From Selaginella moellendorffii (Eukaryota; Plantae; Lycopodiophyta), in NCBI RefSeq assembly GCF_000143415.4, contig NW_003314303.1:1-56221 (forward strand): 56,221 bases of DNA, written 5' to 3'. The position numbers were made by a program, and so were the translations under genes. Below the pieces are notes generated by a model. It did no database searches. It was given only the letters and a program-made list of their open reading frames with translations, and had not been told where the DNA came from. Shown piece after piece: positions 36,921-46,950 of this stretch (its first letter is position 1; the number at the start of each line of letters is the position of its first letter).

Positions 36921-37820
36921 TTATTTAGTTGAACATCTTGCATTTTTGGAAATACAAGATGCTTTGGAATATCCAATCATGCATGGTATAAATATAGCGA
37001 GGGTATTAAATGATATCCCAATCATGATATTTCTTTTGGATTTCACGTGCATGCAGTCCGAGGAATGATGACGTTGCGGATTTCTTTTGGATTTCACGTG
37101 CATGCATGCACGTGGCGATCCAGAAATTAATGGTGGCGCCCAAGTCCGAGGAATGATGACGTTGCGGGATTACCAACTGTCGTGACATTTCGCGCGTGTG
37201 AGGTTAGGTTTTGCATTTTGCTTCGTACTCGCGCTCGCACACTCGTGCTCGCATTGCGCTCGCACTTGCGATCACGCTCACATTCGCGCTCATCTACCTT
37301 CTCTATAGGTTTCTCGTGTGCATCGGCGTCCACTCGCATTCGCATCGCGCTTGTGTGCATCGGCGTCCACTTCAAGACACACCCAGTTTGTAACTTCGCC
37401 GCCAACTCTACCGCCCACTCTGCCACCCACACGCAGCCCACTTGGCGTCCCGGGAGATTTCAGCGCCACTCTCCAACTGTAAGTGGCAGAGTAGCCTTGC
37501 TGCTACGATCCGCTGCACACACAGTGCACATTCGCCAGCGAGTCCGGCCTCGATTGTCACGCCTCCATTCGGCTTCAATTGGTAAGTCTTTTAGGCCAAG
37601 TAGAAAATGGCATGAGGCCACATGCCATTCAGTAGCAACATTGGCATGCACCGATTGGGCTCTCGAGTGCAGTCTGGTTACAGATGGCGTGTAGCCTCAC
37701 GCCATCTTAGGATGCAGCCTCAAGACATCTGATGCAGTGGTGAATGGCGTGTGACCTCACTTTATTTCCAGCTGCTAGCTTTTCATCTGTCAGCTCTAAT
37801 TGTTGTGCATTTCTAAACAG

Positions 37821-40767
37821 GCGAGGAATTGCGTTCTTCTTCCAGCCACTGTCAATGTGGATGTAGAGAAGGGGGAGGAGCTCACCAGTTGGACTTTCGG
37901 GATGGAAGGCGAGGATCTGAGGCTGTACAACACAGATGGTGGGAGAAAAGAATGCATGGGGATCCTCATCCAAGTGACAGACACTCCATGCAGTTCCATG
38001 CAAGAATATGGACTGGCACTTGTGGTAGAAACAGCGTCCACCTTCAAGATCCACCTTGCACATCCTAGTGGCTTCCCAGAGGGGGGCAGCGGCTATGAGG
38101 AATTCCTAGAGAGAGCTAGGGAGAGGTTGTCCAGGAGGCCCACAATTTCAAAGATGCTGCGGGTCTATGAAGATCACATGGAATCCACGGACCTCACCTA
38201 CGGCGATGTTCAAAAACTATATTCCAACATTGAGCTGTTGAGAGTGACTCCAGTTCGCGAAGCGAAGGGGAAGGGGGTCGGTCTGGAAACTACCCCGAAG
38301 CAGAAAAGGGTGGTCAAGCTCAAGCCGACATCCGACTCTCCTGCTCCAAAAAAGAAGCTACTCGGTGATGCCATTGCCTCGGGTTTGAACACTACACCCA
38401 CCAAAAAGAAGAGCTGCAAAGAGCAGAAAGAGCAAGAAGAGGCAGCAAAAATCGTCGCAGATAATAGTACTTGTTACTATTCCAACAAAGTATATACAAT
38501 CGACGTGAGCCACATCGACATCCAAAGCAAATACAACCACAGGCTAGTATCTGATGAGTGGGTGGAGAAACTGAAGCAGAAGATGCTGGCAAGTCCAGTA
38601 ACACCCAACATCGCAGACGTGATCCCCTACTACCGAACAATGAAGGGCGAGACGAGGCTTCTAGACTTGATCAATAGGAAGGTGTTGGACGATCAGAACA
38701 TCCGATTCTATGCCGTCTCCGGGCAGCATTCTAGCTTGGCAATGCAAGAGATAGTTATGGATATTATGGTGGGCGAGGAGGTGAAGAAAGTCTTCAAGAC
38801 AAGAGTTGTCCGCCTGATAAAAGGCAACTCGCCCCTCCGATCTATCATATACATCTCCCACGCGCAGAATGTCAAGCAAGAAATGTGTTACAAATCGGGT
38901 CTGCACGAGACATTGGCACAAACACGGAAGCTCTAGGTTCAACTGAAGAAGCCACAAAAACCAGGACAAGGACGTGCACTAGCAACTAGCGCCTGGCAGG
39001 TAAGCCTCGTTGCATGTGGCATAGCATGTGGCCTCACGCCATTTCCATTGCAGAAATTCTCAAGTCTTCTCTTGAAAACACTGGGGGTCAATGACACAAT
39101 TAGCATCCATAACATTCTACTCACGACAAAAGTTGTTTTTGACAAATGGGTAGATATACTGAGGAGGTACCATGACGGGGAGTTGCTAAACTCAATGGGT
39201 GTGGAGGACGGCTGGAAGCCCAATGATTTAAAGCTCAACGCCTTGCGTTTCTCGTGGTCTCTAGACGACGACGACCTTCTGACAGTGGCTAATGCTCTTC
39301 TACGTGGTGAGGTAGTGGTAAGTAGAGATTATTCAGTTGAATTAAGATACAAACTCTAGCCTTTAGTGTCGAGGAAGGATAGTGCCAAGCAAGGGTCGAA
39401 ACGTATGTCCAATCCTTCAGAATCAGTAGTGCGCCCAAGTGATATCGGTCCTAGTTCCTCAATAGCAGTTGATGGTAAATACAGTATAGTCGATTCAATG
39501 TGCTAATGAGTTTATTTTTAGTAGCACGGGAGGATACCATCTCATCGAAGGGAGATATTTGGACATGCATATGGATCCACCAGTGGACTCTACTTGCCTG
39601 CAAGAGTCATCAGAGCTGGTGGAGGCTACTATCCATATCAACGCCAAGCAAGCTGACCACGCTCCACTTGATGCTGCCCATACCACTGAGTCAATCTTGT
39701 CCACGTATCCAACTGATGGTGACCAGGCGCCATTGGACCCGCATGAGGCTGCCCCAGCCGCCGAGCCGGTCGTATCCTCATTTCCAACGGACTCAACGTG
39801 TGCCCAATCGTCTGACTACGCACCGTTGGAACCTCCCTACACCGCCCCTGCTGCCTGTTCGGTCATGTCCACTTTGCCAACGGAGGCACCAGCTGAAATG
39901 GCATGTCATCACACGCCATCGGAACCACCCCATGCCACTGTTGAGCCAGTTGTACCAGAGTCTACAGCTGAAATGGCATGTGCCCACACGCCATCGGATG
40001 CAATTGACCCCACATTGCAGAGGAGAGTATTTCCGCCCTTCACGTTTCCTCGACCAAAACCCTCTCAACAACCATCGGAAGCACCATTCGCTAATATTGT
40101 AGATGGTAAAATTGACTTGTACCATTTTTTATGCTGACGCATTTCATTTCAGAGTCACGGCGAAGGTACTGTATCGTTTTTGATCTGAACGGTGTCCTTT
40201 TCTCCCATGAGCGTGGCTCGTCCTCGAATGTCACTGCACCCTCCAAAGCCTGCGGTCGCAAGTTGGTCAAAAGAGACAGATTCACATTAATCACACGAGA
40301 GAAACTGCGGGATCTAATAATGACCATGCGACACTTAAAACAGAGGGCCGGGTTCAATTTGCAATTGGGAAATTGGACATCCATGATGCGCCATAATGCA
40401 TTAACGTTGCTACAGATGATGCACGATCAGAGGCGAGTAATATTACCATTTGACTTTCTCCTAACGCAGGAGGATTGCTTGACTATGGTCCATGTGAGAG
40501 GTAGCAAGCCCATCTTCGTCAAGCCAGAGGCTGTAGTGATGAACCGGACTGCTAGGTCAAGTGAAATCCTCATCATCGATGACTCGCCGATTAAAACTGC
40601 AGCAAACATGCGTGCACCCCATCTCTTGCAGTATGAAAACTAGGGAGAAGAAACCGTATGTTCTGGGGGACCTTGCAAAACGGCTTGGAGCGATGGTGAT
40701 AGAGAACCGGCCAGTCCAGGAGGTGGCTGCAGAAATCAACCAAATGGCAGATGGAACGGTATATTAG
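37821..40767 (+). pseudogene. Spliced transposon cargo gene(s): ParB/Srx-like domain, helical region, Pro/Glu/Ser-rich linker, FCP1/NIF-type HAD phosphatase domain; disrupted
   Basis: Acceptor at 37820 and GT-AG introns at ~39000-39053 and ~40107-40152. ParB-like pattern YTIDVSHID..NHRLVSDEWVEKLKQKM...FYAVSGQHSSLAM (~38490-38870). HAD pattern IVFDLNGVLF...WTS...TQEDC...FVKP...ILIIDDSPIK (40170-40610). Premature TAG at 38934 and a frameshift near 40610. Confidence 0.7.
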
Positions 40768-42599
40768 AAGCTATTTGATCGGATAGACACCAGTCATCAT
40801 TTATGGTATGTATATTGTCTAGCCAAGCACTATTCGCATCTCCATAATCTGCTCAACCGGATGGGTTCTTCGACCACTAAACATGAGCGTGGACGTATTA
40901 GAGAAGAGATTGCATTACTATTGGGTTTAAATCCTGATAGTGTGGAGAGTGATGAAATTTCAAGATTATTGTATAGGCGTTGGAGGCAAAAAATAACAGT
41001 CTGAGATGGCATGTATTTATTTAAAAATGTAACTTATTATGGCATGGGGTTCCATGCCATTGTATTAATATTAAAAGACAATTCTTTGAGAGGATTTGCA
41101 TTATACTAAAAGTATTACAGCATGTTACTGGGAGTCTACGAAGTTGTTTTATTAATAAGGGGAAAGTAAAGATTGAATGGGGACTTGGGCTCCACCTAGA
41201 CTCAGAGCAACTGAGCCAATATTAAAAGGATAGAAAGAAATTGGACGACGATGACAAGGAGAAGAGAGAGGTGAAGCAGTGGCAGGGGGAAGAGAAGTGA
41301 TTGAGTAGACATTTTCTTGTTTAAAATAAAATGGCATGTGCCTCAATGCAGTTGAATTTTGTTATATTTATATGCTATATAAAGGTTTGGAAACTTTATT
41401 TTACAAGTGGGATAATGACAATTCCCACTTTAACAAAATAAAGCTTAGATAGAGTCTGAGATGGACCTGAGATGGAGTCCGAGATGGAGTCCGAGATGGA
41501 CCCGAGATGGAATTCGAGATGGAGACCGAGACCGAGACCGAGACCAAGACCGAGGCCAAGGCCGAGTCCAAGCCCAAGCCCGAGTGCAAGTCTGAGTCCG
41601 AGTCCGAGTCCGAGTTCGAGTTTGAGTCTGAGTGGGTGAAAGCCCAAAGCGTTCATCTCGAGCTCCAAAAGTATAGTAAGGGGGAGGACTGCAGTGGAGC
41701 CAGTTTGGCCTAAGAAGGCCAGATCCAATGTTGGGTGATGAGTTGCCCACTGGGAAGTCCAAGACTAGAGTGAACACAGACTGACAAGCGGGGTAGCTTG
41801 GTGAAGTATTCAAGAGCCAGCTCTAGTTCCCCCAGGAGATCGACTGGCCGATGCTCCCAATCCAAGTGTGGGTGGCACTACCTACTTGGATACCAGGCGT
41901 GGCTCAACGGAACCTCGCTCTAAGCCCATGGCTAGAGCACCTAAAGGTGGAAAGCGGGAAGAGTACCTATGAGGCTCACGTAAGGCCACGATGTTCCAAA
42001 ATGTTGTCCCAAAGGCCCAAACTGTGGAAAGGAAGAGGAGTAGTCCTCTGGTGTAGTGACCAAGGATACAGTTGGGTGCTGAGGAAGTCCCAGAAGACCA
42101 TGGGACTTTGGTGGTCGGACCTATGAGCCTCGACCCAGTGACAGTGTTGGCGAACACGGCCATAAGTAGAAAGGGACTTGGTGAGGATTGGAAAAGGAAT
42201 ATTGGGGAAGGCTATTCCCCATGTCTATGGGCATCCTAAGGATGCTAAAGAGTGGATCCGGGATGATCACTCATGAACAGATGGCCAGTCTTTGAGAGAC
42301 GGGCTGTGATGGAGGTGGTGTCAGACCACCGGTGTGACCAAGGTGAATGGGCATGGCCTTAGTGTAACGGGCTGATATATCGGTGGTACCTTGGGGTGTT
42401 GGTCATGGGATGGGATACGTGGAGCACTTAGACCAAGTGCAAAGGTTGAGTGGCGAGGATGCCATTCTCGGGGCTAACAAGCCCAAATCTGAAATAGGAC
42501 TTATGGAGGTTGTGAGTGAGACTCCTTCAAGTGGTCGAAGGTGTGGTTAAGTGATTAAAGTAGAATGGAAAAATTAGTCGCTTACAATAATGTTTTTAT

Positions 42600-44900
42600 T
42601 GATCAATTTTATAAGCAATATCTTCCTTTAGAGGAAATCTTTTATAGCCGAGTTAATTTTTGGTTAAAAGTTTCTTGCCTAAGTACTTCTTTGAGTATTG
42701 GATAGAGATCAACTTTTGAAATTAGCTTAATTTTAAAGAAAACTTTTAAAATTTATTGTTCTTGGAAATCGTCTAATCTTTCCTCCCATTCATAAAATTC
42801 AGTTTTAAGGGGTCAATCTTTCCTTTTCAACTGTATAGTGGAAGTAATGGGCATAGATTTCTTTTGGTTGCCCTATTCTATACATAAAAAACTATTTTCT
42901 AGTTTTGGTTTATATAAGCAATTTTTAGCCAAAGTCTACATAGTAGGGTTTTGTAGGCAAAATTTCATGGTGTCATTTTAAGCATGATATAATTAAGTTT
43001 GTACTTTAGGCCAATCACATTGGTTAAGATATTTCTAATAATTTTAATTGGCCTTATGTTTCAGTCATCTACCATTCATACATTAAATGGGGCTAGTTAA
43101 ATCAGGTCTACGCTTAATTCTTCACAAAAAATTTCTTCTAGAATATTTATACTTAAGCATAAATATGGTTAAAATATTTCTAATAATTTCAATAGGCTTG
43201 ACGCTTTAATCATTTACCATTTATACATTAAATGAATTGGGCATAGTCTTAATTCTTTATAAATACTTTTTTCAGAATATTTATGTTTGAGCCACTATTG
43301 ATGAGAGTTCCAAATAATAAATTTTTACTAATATTTATATTAATTATAACAACTTCATCATCACAATCCCCTAGCTTAATTACAATGGCTATAGATGGGA
43401 TTAAAGTTTTTTCCTTCTTAGGCGAGAGCTTTTTAAACAATACATCTCTAAGGTAAGATACTATGGTGAGAAGTTAGCCTAGAGTGAGTGTATTTTTAAC
43501 ATTTAAAATGTCTTTCACTGCCTTTTTTCATTCTTGCCATTTAACTTTAATATAGAATTTTTGTTTTTCACTAGTGGTAAATTTGTATCAGCTTGTAAAG
43601 GCATGAGACTTTTTATATTAGAATTACCATTCTTCAAATTGACTTGTGGTTGCAAGTCTTGGAGTTGTTGAGTAATTTTTGCCTTAATCTTTTTCTTTTG
43701 GTGCCATTGAGAGTTAAGTTGATTTCTACTTCATCATCGCTCCATTCATCTTAACTTTTAAATTCAACTCTTCTTTGTTGGGCTTTAGTCATGACACAGA
43801 TGCTAAGTAGCTCTTCTATATCTAACCATTCTACCTCAATATGCCTAATTGCAAGTTGTATATCCTTAGAGGATCTATCATTTTTTCTTGATGATTCAGC
43901 TTGATTATATAGCCTAGGATAGTAAGTAAGAGTTTTAAATTAATCATACTTTTTTAGCCTTTTATAATCTCTAGGCCTATTTTAACCTTTTGGCTGATTG
44001 TATTCTCTAGGCTAATTATAGTCTTTAGATCTATTTTTCTCATGGCAATTTTGAAAATTACCTCTAGGCAAATAATCTTAATAATCATCTTGCACTTCGA
44101 TTATCATTGTAGTCATTCCTCTTATGATAACTTCTATCATTAAGTGGATAGTTTTTCTTACGTGTTATTTTATTAACTCGGGCTGTATGTTAGTCTCTTG
44201 GTTGTTTAAATAAGGTTCTACACTCCTTAATTAAATGCCTCTATTTTTCACAAAATTAGCACTTGATCAATTAGAGTTTGCATTCTTCCTTGCTATAGCC
44301 TTCATTAGTGCATTTGGTACACCAAATCCCTTGTTTGAGATTGGTTTGCATTTATTTATAAGAGTTGTCCTTTTATTTGACTTAACCATCTTTACGATGT
44401 TATATTGTTTTATGAAATCTTAGTTGATAATTATGGCTTTTTTTAAGTCATCAAAATCTATATAAGCTCTCTTTATAGCATATTCATGATAAATTTTCTT
44501 GAGGCCCTATATGTATAAGCGTAGGTGCATTTTATTTGATACTAAGTTTTTACAATGTTTATAATGTTTGTTGAATCGAGTTGTATATTCCTCGATTAAT
44601 TTAAATTTTCCTTGATGAAGCTTTTGCAACTCATCATAGTTTTCTCCTAGGTTTGTTTCCATGGAGAAATCTTTAAGGAAAAACTTTTTCTGTTCATCAA
44701 ATATGCCAAGCTTATTATAGTATCAATTTTTGGCTTTATTTTTTAGTGTATATGGGAAAATATTCTTTTTTTGCCCATTTGCTTGATTGAGTTTGATTGT
44801 TCTTTTATGTATTGCTGAATATGCAATTGTGAGTTCTCTCCTTTGATTTTAGAAAAGGATGGATATATGATGATGGTACAAACTAAATTATTACTCAACC
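42600..44900 (-). pseudogene. Decayed Gypsy gag-protease remnant (approximate)
   Basis: Minus-strand gag-like LQKLHQG...IEEYTTRF...YI*GLK and protease-like LINSGSNINIL ... LLCRLWL. Confidence 0.6.
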
Positions 44901-44999
44901 AAGCTAGAGAAAAGCTTGGAATACATGAATTCATATGCTACTCCTCCTTGGCAGCATTAGCACGTAAGAAATGCCTCTACTTCAATTGAGAGTAGTGGA

Positions 45000-46950
45000 A
45001 TACAAAATAACTAAAGTGATTCCCCACAGGAGGAAAAAAAACTAAATTTACAACTCTTACCCTTTAATGGTGATCTAAGTTCCTTTATGAACCAAACATT
45101 TGTTTTGCTTATAGTAGTTGCAAAATAAAGTACTTCCTATCAAATTGCAATGAGCATGATGACAATTGCAAGAATGGCAATAGGTTGTTAAGAAGCATTA
45201 TTAAGTATTAAATAATGCTTTAAAGAGGCATTTATATTTATTAAGCCCAACTAAACAAAGGAGTTTCATCTACAGTTGGATATTTTTTATATTGCCACAG
45301 ATGTAATATTATCCCAAACATAAGGGGATCAAAAAGATCATCTTATCTATTATGCTAACAAATGCTTAAATCCTACTGAGTATAACTATATAATAATTAA
45401 AAAAGAAGCCTTAGACGTAATTTACACTTTACAAAAATTTAGGCATTATCTTTTAGCAACAAAAGTAATTATCTTTGTTGATTATAAAGCTCTTTTATAT
45501 CTTATCAACAAGTTGTGCATATCTACTTGACTAACTAGATGGTTTTTACTATTATAAGAATATAATTTTGAAATAGTATATAGACTTAGAAAATTTCATG
45601 AACAGGCCGATTGCATAAGCCATATCACTACAGGAAAGTCATCTAATACTAAGGTAAACAAATTCTCAAATGCTCACTTATTTACAATCTCTGTGCCTAC
45701 CACTTGGTTGGAAGATATACATATTTATCTCTCTATAAATAGAATTCCACCCAACTATAATTTGTCAGAGTAAAAGAAGTTGTCTGTTTTGAGGACACGA
45801 CATTATTCTATCATGGGGGAGTGCTTATATAAATTAAGCATCAATGGAACACTAAAAAGATGTATTAATAAACAAGAAGAAAAAAATGAAATCCTAAAGG
45901 AAACTTACTTAATCCCACTAGGAGGCTATTTTGCAAACGAAATCATTGTTAGGAAAGTCTTATAAGTAGGGTTGTGGTGGCTTATGCTTTGGAAAGATAT
46001 AATAATTTTCTGCAAAAATTGTGATATTTGCCAAAAACATAAATTAGTGTTTGAAAAGCAAATTCACAAACTAAATCCTACCTATCCATATGAAACATTT
46101 TATAAATGGGGATTGAATTTTATAGATCCTATGGTGAGAAGCAATAAAAAGAACAAATACATTTTAGTTGCCATTGATTATGTGACTAAATAGGCAAAAG
46201 CTATACCTATAAAACAAGCCTCAATTGTTAATATTGCCAAATTTCTTTATGAAAATATCATTGTAAGATTTAGTTTTTCTAACAAGATTGTCATAGATAG
46301 AGACATCTATTTCATCAATGAAACAAAAGAAATTTTTATACAAGAATTCATTCTTAAGCACAAAAAATCTATGCCATATTACCCTTAAAGGAATGGTCAG
46401 GTTAAATCTACTAACAAAGTGTTTAAAAATATTTTAATAAAGATTGTAAAGGATAATAAAAAAGATTGGGTTGAGAAAATTCTAGATACTTTATAAGTTT
46501 AGAAAACTATATATAAAGTATTCACAGGCATGACACCATTTCATCTTACCTATGACTAGGAAATTTTAACACCTATGGAATTTATAATTCCTTTTTTGCA
46601 TATTGCAATTAAAAATGGCTTAAACAAAAAAGAAGCTTTTAAGCAAAGATTTGCCAAAATAAAAAACTTAGATGAGCTTAAGTTTACATGTAATTCAAAA
46701 AGCTAAAAAGGCTAGGCATGACAAACAATTGAAAATCTCTTGCAAGCTTGAACCAAGAGATAAAGTCCTTTGGTATCAAGGTAAAATATATGCTCTTAGA
46801 AATAAATTTGAGATAAATTGGGATGGTCCATTCATTTTGTCTAAGATATTAGTTCCAGGAATGGCTTAAGTGCACACTTTAAATGGGGACGATACTGTAA
46901 TAGTAATTTAAACTATTTGAGAAAGTACCATGAAGATATAAGCATAAATA
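45000..46950 (+). pseudogene. Decayed non-chromovirus Gypsy (Athila/Tat-like) RNase H-integrase remnant
   Basis: YNYTIIKKEAL...KFRHYLL, CKNCDICQK, KWGLNFI, YILVAIDYVTK and WDGPF. Extremely AT-rich with many stops. Confidence 0.75.

Larger units (their letters stand above)
31191..41446. mobile_element. 10,256-bp TIR DNA transposon, Sola-like
   Basis: 24-bp TIRs AAGCTYTATTTYGTTAAAGTGGGA (31191-31214 and 41423-41446, 2 mismatches). 4-bp TSD AGAT; a 2-bp GA TSD with 1-bp longer TIRs is formally equivalent. Contains a DDD-type transposase. Confidence 0.88.
26598..42586 (+). mobile_element. Long degenerate LTR retroelement (LTRs ~26598-26806 and ~42305-42586) hosting the DNA transposon
   Basis: ~200-bp direct repeats ending CTTACA. 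Decayed iMet PBS (TAGTATCAGAGC) at ~26810. Purine-rich tract before 42305. No TSD and no recognisable pol motifs found; the 5' LTR appears internally deleted. Confidence 0.7.

Noticed and set aside
41396-41813. Low-complexity ORFs (LGLG, SRSR, ETET)
   Set aside because: Translations of the hexamer/minisatellite array.
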